Shown here: one piece after another, positions 22,351 to 34,950 of the stretch
How positions within the stretch are numbered: position 1 is the first letter of the stretch
Layout: every line of letters starts with the position of its first letter
Source of the DNA: Lama guanicoe
Taxonomy: Eukaryota
Assembly (NCBI GenBank): GCA_013239625.1
Contig: MU053482.1
Location: forward strand, 5,097,775-5,161,774
Direction: 5' to 3'
Length of the DNA stretch: 64,000 bases
Position numbers and translations under genes: made by a program
Notes under the pieces: model-generated
Databases searched by the model: none
Seen by the model: only the letters and a program-made list of their open reading frames with translations
Told to the model about the DNA's origin: nothing

Positions 22351-25183
22351 GTACTTTGCTCTTCTCTGGGTGGGTGACAAGATGGCCCCTGTGCACAAGT
22401 TTTCAGGGCACAGGGCAGGGCTCATGTTTGATACCAGAGGGAAGACTGTCTTTTTTGAAGTTTTCTTTGCCATTTACAGGGAAAGGTGGGACAGGGCACA
22501 GCTGCTCAGTCCTGTGAGCTGCAGGTCACACAGCTCTGGGGGAAAAACAGAATCTGAACTCACACATGGGATCGCAGGGATAATGGCCAGTGCAGACGGT
22601 GCACAGAGCAGAGGTGCTGCTGCAGGAACTGCCCTGTGCCCAATTTCCAGGTGGTTCTGTCCCTGGACAGGGTGCTGGCCTGCCCAGGAGCTGCCTCCCG
22701 GTAAGGGAAGGGGAAGAGGCAGGGGTCCTCGCAGGAAGTTCTGCTCTGAGCATAACTGCCTTTCCTGTCCTTCGCCTGCTCCAACTCTGCCCAAGGATGA
22801 GGCTTGATTTGTCAAGTTTGTGTTGTAAATGTGAAGACTGAAAAAAATACAAAAGGAGCAAAATGTTCCAGTAGCCCTCCCAGGCTTTTGTGGGTGTAGG
22901 AGGAGATGGTGACAGCTGGACCAAACTGAAAGGACCAGCATCCCAGACAGGCTGGCAATGTGAGCAAAAGTCCTGCCTGGGGAATGAGGGCTCAGTTTGT
23001 GAAACAGCAAAGCATGTGGCTAAGCTCATGACAGCCCTGGGTCCAGTCCCTACCCAAGCCTTGGGCAACTTACTTACCCTCTCTGACCCTATGTTTCATG
23101 TCTATAAAAATGGAACTCCTAGGGACATACACGTGCCCTGATTAAATGAGATGATATCTGATGCACAGCACCTGATACCTAATAATGAGCGTAAGCAGTT
23201 ACCCATTTGGTGGGAATATTAAGAGTATGAATTGAATAATGATGATGATGAAACAAGTCCTGGAGGGACTTGAGACCAAGGCAGCAAGTTTGGACTCAAT
23301 TCTGTAGGCAGTGGGAGTCATGGAAGGTCCTTGAGCAGGTAAGTGATGTGATTGTAACTCTATTCCAGGAGATCATTTGAAGGCAGTGTGAAGAACAGAT
23401 ATTTAGATGTGGGGCACCAGTGACAGCACTAGGGAACCCAGAAGGAAAAACAAGCTTAGGAGGGGGCATAAGGATGCCAGCTTTGAAAACCTTGAGGTTG
23501 ACACCTAGGCACTGACAAGCAGAACTGGAGTTCCAGCAGATCAAGGCTGTGGTTATATGACTAGAAGCCTTCCGCTTATACACCAAGAGAGCATGGAACA
23601 ACAGGAAAGCATGTAGAGAAAAGGGGAGGGTGAGGGACATATCTTGTAGGAATGCCTTTACTTTACAAAGCTGGAGGAGAAAGCAGGAAAACCGGCAAAG
23701 AGCGCTCAGTCCCCGTCTCATGACTTTCCAGACTCCGGTAACTATCAGCTCTAGACAACAAAAGCCAATCCCCTATTCTTATTTATCATCATCTTGTTGT
23801 AAGCACCTGGTCACTGCCAGAGGAGGACCTCTAGTAAAGCTGGTGTCCCTTCTTGGGGCTCTGCCTCTGCAAGGCCACTCTAGACATCCTAATGCCTCTA
23901 GGAATGGACTCTGAGTGTCCCATGGCCAGCAGATCAACGCCCTGCTTCTGGGTAGGAGAGACAAAGCAGGAGAGTTCCCGCCAGCGTTTCTGCTTCCATT
24001 CTCTTGAACTGCTTAATGTGAAACTTCCTGGTTACAGATTGGGAGTACGTCTTCTAATACTTCAGTTTTCAAGCACTGATTTCCCTTAAGACAGTTTCCC
24101 AATATCAATTAGCCTGTAGGGATATTTCAGCATATAGATGGCATTTCTTGTGCAATTATTGAACTGCTTAATATGAAATTTCCTAACCAATGTGAATGGA
24201 AAAACACATCTGTTTTTTGGGTTTTTTTTTTTTTTTTTGCTATTATACTGGGCACCATGCCCATGCTGAAAATTTCCAGGGCGTAAAGGAGAACTGAAAT
24301 GGTATTTTGTGTGACTGTACTCTGTGAGAGGTGTATTCCAGCATTCCCCCTTGTTTCTCTGCTTCTACCTAGACAGTGAGATTCAGTAGTAAATGCTGCA
24401 GACTTTACAAAAGGTGCCAATGTAGGTAATCCTTTGAGGATGTTTCAAAATCAAATTGGCTGTGGTGGAAGCATTTTTCATAGCAAATTTTTTATGCATC
24501 TGCCACCATGCTGTTTGACACTCAGAGCTCTGTTTTACCTTAAAATCCCCTGCAAACTTTGGGTTTCCATCTCAGATAACTTTTGCCTCCCAGGCTTCAT
24601 ACCCTTTTAGTACCCCAGCTAGTGTAAGCCAAGTATTAGCATCATGTTCATGGTCAATGGAGCAGTTAAAATACTCACATGAAGCTGGTGGCTTTTTATT
24701 TAGGACATCATACCACGTGTCTTAACAGGGTAGGTGTGTGCATTTATCATTCAGGTAGACTCATCACTGAATATGATTATGACCCCAGCATAACAGGCAA
24801 CTGGGGACTTGAAACCTAGAACCAGGCAGGCATGAAGTCTGCATGTAGGACAGCCAGCAGGCTGATGGAATGTCTACAATAGGAGTCAAATAGCTAGAAC
24901 CAGGCTACTTCAAACAATGCTGAAAATCTAGGCAGGTGAATGTAGCTTCGTTCTAGGTGATCAATACTACTTGCAGAAAGATTAAGTCAGTGGCTGGAAA
25001 TAGTTCAACTTTCCTTCCCCATTCTCTGGGGAGGTAGTGGACAAACCAGTGGGAAAATTTTTTGGCTCTGATAATATCAACTGTAAGCAAGGAGGCAGAG
25101 CAACAGAAACTGCTAGTGTGAAGATAAATTGATAGTCATTTTGGAAAATAGTTATCTAATATATTTAAGATTTGTAACACCAG

Positions 25184-25658
25184 TGTGGTATTATGTGCAG
25201 AATGATGGCCTTCCCAAAAACGTCCACATCCTAAGCCCTGGGACCTGTTAGTACCTTACATGGTAAAAGAGACTTCGCAGATGTGATTGAGTTGAGGATT
25301 TTGAGCTGAGGAGATTATCTTGGATCATCTGAGTAGTAACAGTGTAATCACAGGAAGAGGGAAGCAGATGACTCAGAGTGACACAGTGTGAGGAAGATTT
25401 AGCCCACCATTGCTGGCTTTGAAGGTGGAAGGGGGCCAAGAGCCAAAGGATGCAGGCAGCCCCTAGAAGCTACTAAAGCCAGAAAACAAATTCTCCCCTA
25501 GAGTCTCCCGAAGAGAAAACAGCGCTGCTGACTTCTCGATTTTTATCCCAGTGAAAACCATTTTGGATTTTGATCTTTAAAACTGTAAAATAAATTTGGG
25601 TTGTCTTAAGCCACCAAATCTGTGATAATGTTAGAGAAGCAATACAAAGCTAATATAC
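25184..25658 (+). mobile_element. MaLR solo LTR (MLT1 family)
   Basis: tgtgg...cagaatgatggcc...ccacatcctaagccctgggacctgt...ccttacatggtaaaagagacttcgcagatgtgatt...aataaatttgggttgtcttaagccaccaaat...gcaatacaaagctaatac, a typical MLT1 LTR layout with internal AATAAA. Confidence 0.85.
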
Positions 25659-27387
25659 CCTATGCCCCAGCAATTCCACTCGTAAGTATGCATGTCCACA
25701 TAACAGACTCCAGTCCAGGAATATCTAATAGACTAAACTGGAGCTTGTGCATCCCCAATAGACAAACTAAAGTACTGTGAATTGTTACACAATGGCAACA
25801 GTAAAAAAGAACTGGTGAGAAATCACGAGAGAGACCTCTAGTTACTGTAGCATGAAGGGGCCAGTGATTATCCGCTGCAAAAAAAAACAGCTGTAAAACT
25901 GGACACAATGATCAAAACCAACCATTTTGAGGCACTGAAAATTTACCAGAAGTAGACAACAAATGGAGACACAGTCTTGAAAAACTACAGAATATAGCTG
26001 AATAATTATAGTTATACCTCAATAAAGCAATAAATTATACCTCAGTGAAATTGTTTTAAAAATGAACAGCTCATGCAATAACAGGGATGAACCTTATAAT
26101 TTTGAGTTTAAAAAATCTAAGTGTGTGTAGAATGAGTCTATTCTATTGAAGTGTAGAAACAGGCAGAACTACAGCCTGCTGTTTAAGGGTGCATGTGTTG
26201 CTGGTGGAACTATGAAGAGAAAGGAAGTAATCATGATGAAAGTCAGGAGAGTGGTTGTCTTTGCAGGGTGCGAGCGCGATGTGACCGAAACGCAGAGAGA
26301 AAGGGTGTGCTACTAGGGTATGACGGCGTTCTGCTTTTGCCATGGGTGGTGGTGACACGGGGGTTCTCTTCCAGGTATTTAAAACTGCACATATATATGT
26401 TGTATGTACTTTCCTGGAAGCTTGTCATATTTTTTTAAAAATTATGTAAAGAAAATGGCAAAGTCACCAGATAGGGAAGCGGGCTGCCACCAAAATGACC
26501 CATCTCCAAAGGATGGATTCTGTCCCAGTAGGGAATAAGGTGCAGAGAGGGACTGAGGCAGAATGAGCTCCATCCACTGGGGGTGGGATGGAGGCTGGAA
26601 CATGACGCACATCTGGGGGCTGGGCTCACTCTGAGGCAGCGGCCTCTGGCCTCTCAAGTTATTCCAGCACCTACCAGCTGGGGGCACTGAGCCACTAGAT
26701 GTCCTGCCACCTTGGTCAATGAACTCAGGGATGGGGGTGGTGAGGTGTCAGAGAAGGGCCATCAGGCTGGGATGGCACAAATAGGGCCACATCTCTTTGT
26801 GTAAAGCCTGGGTTTCTGGATTAGAGTTTCCTTCCCTCCTTGACCTCTACATCATTTGGAGAACCACAGACTCATTCTGGATGGTCCTCTGATGGATGGG
26901 AAGTATCACCAATGCCACCGAGAGTGACAAGAGCAAACCTGGAGCCCTTGCCCCTTGGCCAGAGGCTGTTTTCTCCCCAGAGTGACCTTGGGGCTGATTT
27001 GTCTCTTCCTTAGCCCCAGAGAGCCTCTGCTCTGGCTGTCTCTATCCAGAAGCCCTACCATCCTGTCTGCTCCCAGAGAGAGAGGGACTCTGGGCCAGCA
27101 GAGAGGTATTCAGAGCAGTACTGAGTTGCTAATCACAATTTATTAGCCGAGAACTTTAAAAGAGGCTCTGTTTATATAGCATGGAATCACAGTCCATTCC
27201 CAGGCATCCAGAGCCCCTCTCTTAGCTGAGATAGCCCCCCTACTGAACTGTCTAGAAACACTCGTGTGGCCAGTGGCTTTCTTGATAAGAACAGACTATC
27301 AGCAGTGTCTCCAGCTGTCATCTCCCACTTCACCAGGCCCAACTCATGGTGATGCCCTGTAGAAGGGTCTCAGATTTCCCAAGGAGC

Positions 27388-27465
27388 AGGGCTTAATTTG
27401 TGTGAATGACACCCCCTGGAGTTGTACAGTGCGCAGACTGAACGCCTATACATAACAGCTCTGCT
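27388..27465. mobile_element. Short hAT-type non-autonomous DNA transposon remnant (MER91-like)
   Basis: gtgaatgacaccccctggagttgtacagtgcgcagactg resembles MER91 consensus as recalled; not verified. Confidence 0.5.
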
Positions 27466-28911
27466 AACAAGCAAAGATGGGAAAGCAGGAAGGAAACCAC
27501 CCTTCAGGTAGCCCTTCATATGTTCTAGGTGTTTTTCATAAAACCCAATTTTGCCAGTGAGAAAACCGATTCCAAGAAGTTAAATGACTTATCTGGGTTA
27601 GTCATTTAACCCACTGTAGTAAAGATGGGCTTCAAACTTGAGTGGGCATTAAAATTAAATTGGAGGAGACATATCAAGAAGGTGTAGCAGGAGCAGGCAT
27701 AGCTCACCTCCCCTCCACCATGAACACATCAAAAATACATCTCCATGTGGAGCAGTTCTCACTAAAAACTGACTGGAGACTGATAGAAGAAAGACTCTTG
27801 TACAACCAAGGGTAAGAAAGATCCACATAGAATCGGGTAGGAAGGAAAGAGAAGCAATCAGGGACCTGTGTCCCTGGGAGGGGACTCAAAAGAGGAGGGG
27901 GATTACACAGGCAGAGCTCCTCCCTGGGGAGTGAGCAGTTTAAGCCACATATTGGGCACCCCAGCCCTGCAGTCTGATACCAGGAAGACAAGCCCCTCTT
28001 GGCTGGTTTGAAAATCAGTGGGACTAACAGGAGGGCTGTAAGAATCTTGTGAAGAGCATGCACCTACTTGCTTGGTCCTGAAACAAAGTGGAGGAAGGAG
28101 ATTAAAACTGCAAGAAACTCTAGCCGGTTTCCCACAACTGCCCCAGCATGTGCTCCAGCCCGCTCTGGCCCCACTTGCTTTATGACGCTGCTCCACACTA
28201 GGGAGAGGGCTGCTGCGGCTCACGTGGGAGGGGTGGAGTTGACTTGGACCCAGAACAGCATCTGAAAGGTGCAGGAGAAGCCAATGCTAGTGCTTATGCA
28301 GGCAGCACATCAGAAGCCATCTGAGACTCTGACTAGGGCTGGGACTGCCACAGCCCACACACGGACCCATGCTGAGTACCTGATCCAGCATTGCTCCCCT
28401 GTGGGGCAAGGGTGCTGATGCTGGGAGTGAGGAGAAAACAACTTAGAGGGAACAGAACCAGTTCAGACCCAAACCTCAGGGCTTTTGCTCCAGCAACTTG
28501 GGGCCCACCCCACTCCAAACAGGGTGGTGTTGGCCACTGAGCAGAGGAGAAGCCCCAGACCACACTTGGTTCTCGATCTAGCCCCTCATCTCCAGCCCTG
28601 CATCCTACCGATGTGATACCTGCCAGCATGCCATGGGGGAAGATATGACTCATGCTCATATCAGATTCAGCTCTCCCAACTAAGGCAGTGGGCACACAGA
28701 GACTGTATAGCAACATTCCCACACAAGACTGGAGTAGGTAGCTGTTTCACCTAATCTCATAGAGACAGAGAAAGTTATGCAAAATGAGAAGACAGAAGAA
28801 TTTGTTTCAGTTGAAAGAACAAGAGAAAACCCTTGAAAAATGAACTAATGAAATACAAATAACTTACCAAATAAAAAAATTCAAAGCATTAGTAATAAGA
28901 ATGCTAACTGA

Positions 28912-29040
28912 GGGGGAGGGTGTAGCTCAAGTGGTAGAGTGAATGCTTGACATGCACACGATCCCAAGTTCAACCTCAGCACCTCCTCCAAATAGAAATA
29001 AATGAATAAACCCGATTACCACCCCCTCATAAAACAAAAC
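28912..29040 (+). mobile_element. tRNA-derived SINE (Vic-1-like, camelid) nested in L1 ORF1
   Basis: GGGGGAGGGTGTAGCTCAAGTGGTAGAG (A box), degenerate B box agttcaacct, A-rich tail. TSD AAGA(A/G)TGCTAACTGA at 28897-28911 and 29041-29055. Confidence 0.88.
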
Positions 29041-30279
29041 AAGAGTGCTAACTGAATTAGGGAAAAGATGAATACAGTGAGAATTTAATGAGAAACTAGA
29101 AACTAAAAAAGAACAAATCAGAGCTGAAGAATACAATAAATGAAATGAAAAACACACTAGAAGTAATGAATAGCAGACTAGTTGATACAGAAGAAACCAT
29201 AAGTGATCTACAAGATAGAATGATGGAAGTCACCTGATCAGAATTACAAGAAACACAAATGTTTAAAAATGAGAACAGTTTAAGTGACCTCTGGAACATC
29301 AAGCATGAAAAAGTTCAGATTATATGGGGTCCCAGAAGGAGAAGAGAAAAGGGTCCAAAATTTATTTGATGAAATTATGGCTGAAAATTTTCTGAGCCTG
29401 AAGAAACAGATATCCAGGTACAGGAAGCATAGAGGGTCCCAAACAAGATGAAGCCAAACAGACCCACATCAAGACAGATCATAATTAAAATGACAAAATT
29501 AAAGAGAATTCTAAAGGCAGCAAGAGAAAAACAGTCATATATAAAGGAACCCCCATAAAGCTATCAGATGATTTTTCTGCAGCAACTTTGCAGGCCAGAA
29601 GGAAGTGGCGTGTTATATTTAAATGTAGAAATGGAAAAACCTGCAACCTAGATACTCTACCTAGCAAAATTATCATTTAGAATTGAAGGGAAGATACAGA
29701 ACTTCTCAGACAAGCAAAAATGCCAAGAGTTCATCAATACTAAACCTACCCTAAAAGAAATGTTAAAGGGTCTTTTCTAAGTGGAAAATAAAAGGCTAAT
29801 ACAAAAAGTAAGTATCTGTAGGAAAGGAAAAATTCTACTAGTAAAGGCAAACACGTAGTAAAGGTTGAGGATCAACCACTTAAAATAAGCTAGTATGAAG
29901 ATGAAAAGACCAAAAAATTGTACAATCAACTATAGCTGCAACAGTGAAGGGACAGACATGAAGATGTAAAATTGGACATCAAAAACACAAATGTGGAGGG
30001 GGATTAAAAATCTAGGTCTTTTAGAATGTATTTGAACTTAATTGACTATCAGTTTAAAATAAGTAGATATAGTTAAGGTCAATATATATGGAGTCCATGG
30101 TAACCAGAAATCAAAAACCTGCAGTAGATAAAAACTATAGAGAAAAGAACACAAGCATACCACTAAAGAAAATCATCAAACCAAAAGGGAAGAAACTAAA
30201 AGAAGAACAGAACAGAGAAGTACAGAAACAACCTGAAAATAAGTAACAAAATGGCAATAAGTACATACCTATCAATAAT

Positions 30280-30412
30280 TTTTTTTTGTTTGGGGAGGAA
30301 TTTGATTGACTGATTGATTGATTTATACATACATACATACATACTGGGGACTGAACCCAGGACCTTGTGCATACTAAGCACACACTCTACCACTGAGCTC
30401 TCCCCTTCCCCC
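30280..30412 (-). mobile_element. tRNA-derived SINE (Vic-1-like) nested at start of L1 ORF2
   Basis: Reverse complement reads GGGGGAAGGGGAGAGCTCAGTGGTAGAGTGTGTGCTTAGTATGCACAAGGTCCTGGGTTCAGTCCCCAGTA. TSD TCAATAAT at 30272-30279 and 30413-30420. Confidence 0.9.
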
Positions 30413-30426
30413 TCAATAATCACTTT

Positions 30427-30600
30427 TTTTTTTAATTGAAGTATAGTCAGTTTACAGTGTTGTGTCACCTTCTGGTATATTGCATAATAGTCCAGTCATA
30501 CATACACAAACATATTTGTTTTCATATTCTTTTTCATTATAGGTTACTACAAGATATTGAATATAGTTTCCTGAGCTGTACAGTATAAACTTGTTTATCT
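30427..30600 (-). mobile_element. 5'-truncated L1 3' end nested in the older L1
   Basis: T-run then attgaagtatagtcagtttacagtgttgtg...ataggttactacaagatattgaatatagtt. TSD ATCACTTT at 30419-30426 and 30601-30608. Confidence 0.85.
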
Positions 30601-33600
30601 ATCACTTTAAATGTCAATGGACTAGATACTCCAATCAAAAGTCATGGGATGGCTGACTGGATTTAAAAAAAAAAAAGGTCCATCTAAATGCTGCTTACAA
30701 GAGGCTCACTTCAGAACTAAAGACACACACAGACTGAAAGGGAAGTGAAGGAAAAATATTTTATGCAAATAGAAACAACAAAGCTGGGCTAGTAATACAG
30801 TAAGACAAAATAGACATTAAAACAAAGTGTATAACAAAGACAAAGAAGGGCATTAAACAGTGAAAGATCAATACCAGAAGAGGATAAACACTTGTTAACA
30901 TATACGCACCTAAATATATAAAGCAAATATTGACATAATGGGAGAAACTGACAATACAATAATAGCAGTGGATTTTAACATCCTACTTACATCAATAAAC
31001 AGATCATCCAGACAGAAAATCAGTAAGGAAACACTGGTCTTAAATGACACACTAAAACTGTTGGACTTAATTGATCTCTAGAGGACATTCCATTCAAAAA
31101 CAGCAGAATACACATTCTTTTCAAGCATACATGGAATATTCTCCAGGATAGATCACATGCTAAGCCACAAAACAACTTTCAATAAATTTAAGAGGACAGA
31201 AATTTATCAAACATTTTTCTGACTAAACAGTATGAAACTAGAAATCAATTACAGGAATAAAAATGGGAAAAGCACAAACACGTGGCTACTAAACACACAC
31301 TACTTAAAAACCAATGGGTCAGTGAAGAATTCAAAGAAGAAAATCAAAGTATCTCTGGACAAACGAAAATGAAAACACAACTTTCCAAAATCTATGGGAA
31401 GTAGAAAAAGCAGTTCTAAGAGGGAAGCTTATAGCAATACAGGACTACTTCAAGAAAAAAGAAAACAATCTCGAACAACCTAACCTACCATCGAAAGGAA
31501 TTAGGGGAAAAAACAAAAACAAAAAACAAAGCCCGAAGTCGGTAGAAAGAAAGGAATAAAGATCAGAGAGGAAATAAATAAAATAAAGGCCAAAATACCA
31601 ATAGCAAGTATCAATGAAACCAAGAGCTGTTTCTTCGAAAAGATAACAGAATTGATAAATCTTCACCTAGGCTCATGAAGAAAAAAAAGAGAGAGTGGAT
31701 CCAAACAAAGTAAGAAATGAAAGGAGAGAAATAACAACTGATATCACAGAAATACAAAAAGTCACAAAGAATACTATGAACAGTTATATGCCGACAAATC
31801 AGACCATCTAGAAGAAATGGACAAATTTCTAAATACATACAACCTTCCAAGACTGAATTAGGAAGAAAGACAATATGAACAGAGTGGTCATGAGTAGTGA
31901 AATGAATTTGTAAAAAACAAAACAAAACTCCCAGCAAACAAAAGTCCAGGACCAGATGGCTTCATAGGCCAAACATATAAAGAAGAACTAATATCTGGCC
32001 TTCTCAACCATTCAAAAATATTCAGGAGGAGAGAACACTCAAATTAATTCTTCAAGGCCACTATTACCCTGATACCAAAACCAAAGACACTACAGAAAAG
32101 TACAGGCTAATCTCTCTCAAAAAAAATCGATGTCAAAATTCTCAATATCACCGAACCAAACCCAACAATATATAAAACCCCACAATCAAGTGGGATTTAT
32201 CTCAGGAATATTCAATATCCACAAATCAATTTGATACACATTAACAAAAGGAAGGATAAAAATCTAAGATCATCTCAATAGACACAGAAAAGGCATTTGA
32301 CAAAGTCAACATCCATTCATGGTAAAAATTCTCATCATTACTTGGTCTAGAGGGAACATATCTCAATATAATGAAGATCATTTATGACAAACCCACAGCT
32401 AACATCATACTCCACCCTGAAAAGCTAAAGGCTTTCCCTTTAAAATCAGGAACAAGACAAGGATGTCCTCTCTTGTCATTTCTAATTAACCTAGTATTCG
32501 AAGTCCTAGCAATCAGAAATAGCAATCAGAAAGAAAAAATAGACATCCAACTGGAAAAAAGTAAAACTGTCACTATTTGTAGATGACATTATACTGTATA
32601 TTGAAAACCTGAAGTCTCCACCAAAAAACTATTAGCACTAATAAATGAATTCAGTAAAGTTGCAGGATACAAGATTAAAATACAAAAATCTGTTGCCTTT
32701 CTATACACTAATAATTATCAGAAAGAGAAAGCAAGAAAATAATCCTGTTTAAATCACACCCACAAGAATAAAATACCTAAGAATAAACTAAGGAGGTAAA
32801 AGACCTATATTCTGAAAACTATAAAATACTGATGGAGGAAAATGAAGATGATACAAAGCATTGGAAATATATCCCATGGCCATGGATTGGAAGAATATTG
32901 TTAAAATGCCCATATTACCCAAAGCAATCTACAGATTTAATGCAATCCCTATCAAAATACCCGTGACTTTTTTTTTTAAACAGAACTAGAACAAATATCC
33001 TAAAATTGATATGGAACCACATAACCACATCCAAAGCAATCTTGAGAAAAAAGAACAAATCTGGAGGTATCATGGTCCCCGATTTTAGACGATAGTACAA
33101 AGCTACTGTAGTAAACAGCATGGTAGTGGCACAAAACAGACACAAAGATCAGTGGAACAGGATAGAAAGTCCAGAAATAAACCCAGTTACTTGTGGTCAA
33201 TTAATCTACAACAGTGGAGGCAAGAATATACAGTAAGTGGTGCTGGGAATACTGGACAGCCACATGTAAAAGAATGAAATTAGAACATTTGTTCATACCA
33301 TGTACAAAAATAAACTCAAAATGGGTTAAAGACCTAAATTTAAGACCTGAAACGATAAAACTCCTAGAAGAGAACATAGGCAAAACACCATTTTGCATAC
33401 ATTGTAGCAACATTTTTGGGGACCTGTCTCCTAAGGCAAAAGAAACAAAAGCAAAATTAAATAAATGATACACATTAAAGTTAAAAGCTTGCACATCAAA
33501 GGAAACACTGACAAAATAAGACAACCTACTGAATAGGAGAAAATATTTGCAAATGATACGACCAATAAGCGGTTAATATCCAAAATATATAAACAGCTCA

Positions 33601-34636
33601 AACAACTCAATATTAAAAAAAACAATCTGATTAAAAAATGGGCAGAAGACCAGAATAGACATGTTTCCAAAGAAGATATACAGACGGCCAACAGGCACAT
33701 AAAAAGATGCTTGACATCGCTCATCGTCAGAGAAACGCAAATCAAAATGACAATCAGCTATCACCTCACACCTGTTAGAATGGCTATCATCAAAAAGTGG
33801 TCAACTAATAAGTGTTGGCGAATATGTGGAGGAAAGGGAATCCTAGTACACTGTGGGAATATAAATTGATGCAGCCACTATGGAAAACAGTAAGAATATC
33901 CCTCAAAAACTGAAATAGAACCACCATATGATCCAGTAATTTCACTACTTGGGTATATATATATCTGAAGAAAATGAAAACACTATTTCAAAAAGATACA
34001 TGCACCCCAGTGTTCCCTGCAGCATTATTTACAGTATCCAAGATAGGCAAGCAGCCTAAGTGTCCATCAACAGATTTATATGAATAAAGAGAATGCAATG
34101 CAATGCAATGCAATGCAGTGGAATATCAGCCATGAAAAAGAATGAAATTCTGCCATTTGCAACAACATGGATGGACTTAGAGGGTATTATGTTTAGTGAA
34201 ATAAATCAGACAGAGAAAGACAAATACTGTATTATATCACTTGTATGTGGGGCCTAAAAAATGAATATAACAAAACAGAAGCAGACTCACAGATATAGAG
34301 AACAAACCAGTGGTTACCAGTGGAGAATGGGAAGGGGACAGGGGCAAGATAGTGGTAGGGGAACAACAGATACAAACTACTATGTGTAAAATAAAGAAGC
34401 AAAATAAGCAACAAAGATATACTATACAGCACAGAAAAATATAGCCAATATTTTATAGTAACTTTAAATGGAGTATAATCTATAAAAATATTGAATCACT
34501 ATGTTGTATACCTGAAACTAATACATTATAAATCAACTATACTTCAATAAAAGAAAAAAAAATTAAATGGTCAGTTTGAAACATTCTCCCATATTGGACA
34601 TTTTCTTTCTCTAGCAACCTTAGAATTCCCCCCTCC

Positions 34637-34950
34637 TTTTTTTTTATTTGAAATATAGTCGGTTTACAGTGTGTCAGTTTCTGGTGACAACATAATGTTT
34701 CAGTCATATATACACATACATATATTCATTTTCATATTCTTTTTCATTCTAGGTTACTACAAAATATTGAATATAGTTCCCTCTGCTATACAGTAAACTT
34801 GTTGTTTAGCTATTTCATATATATTAGTATCTGCAAATCTCGAGCTCCCAATTTATCCCTTCCCAACCCTCCCCCACACCCCAACCCCCAGTAATCATGT
34901 TTGTTTACTGCCTGTGGGTCTGTTTCTGTTTTGTAGATGAGTTCATCACT
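34637..34950 (-). mobile_element. 5'-truncated L1 3' end
   Basis: T-run, tatagtcggtttacagtgtgtcagtttctggt...ggttactacaaaatattgaatatagttccctctgctatacagta; same type as 30427-30600. Confidence 0.85.

Larger units (their letters stand above)
27661..34558 (+). mobile_element. Full-length, inactivated LINE-1 in the last PARVA intron (5'UTR, ORF1 ~28784-29780, ORF2 ~30251-34257, 3'UTR, A-tail)
   Basis: TSD AAAATTAAAT at 27651-27660 and 34559-34568 at a TT/AAAA site. ORF1 starts MRRQKNLFQLKEQEK and ends KEMLKGLF*. ORF2 starts MAISTYLSIITLNVNGL once nested inserts are removed; RT motifs [16 protein letters not shown] and FVDD (32576-32587). AATAAA at 34546-34551. Many stops and frameshifts. Confidence 0.95.

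Noticed and set aside
34092..34116. (AATGC)5 repeat, plus (GA)n near 10374 and (TA)n near 60007
   Set aside because: Ordinary microsatellites with no spacer structure; not CRISPR-like.
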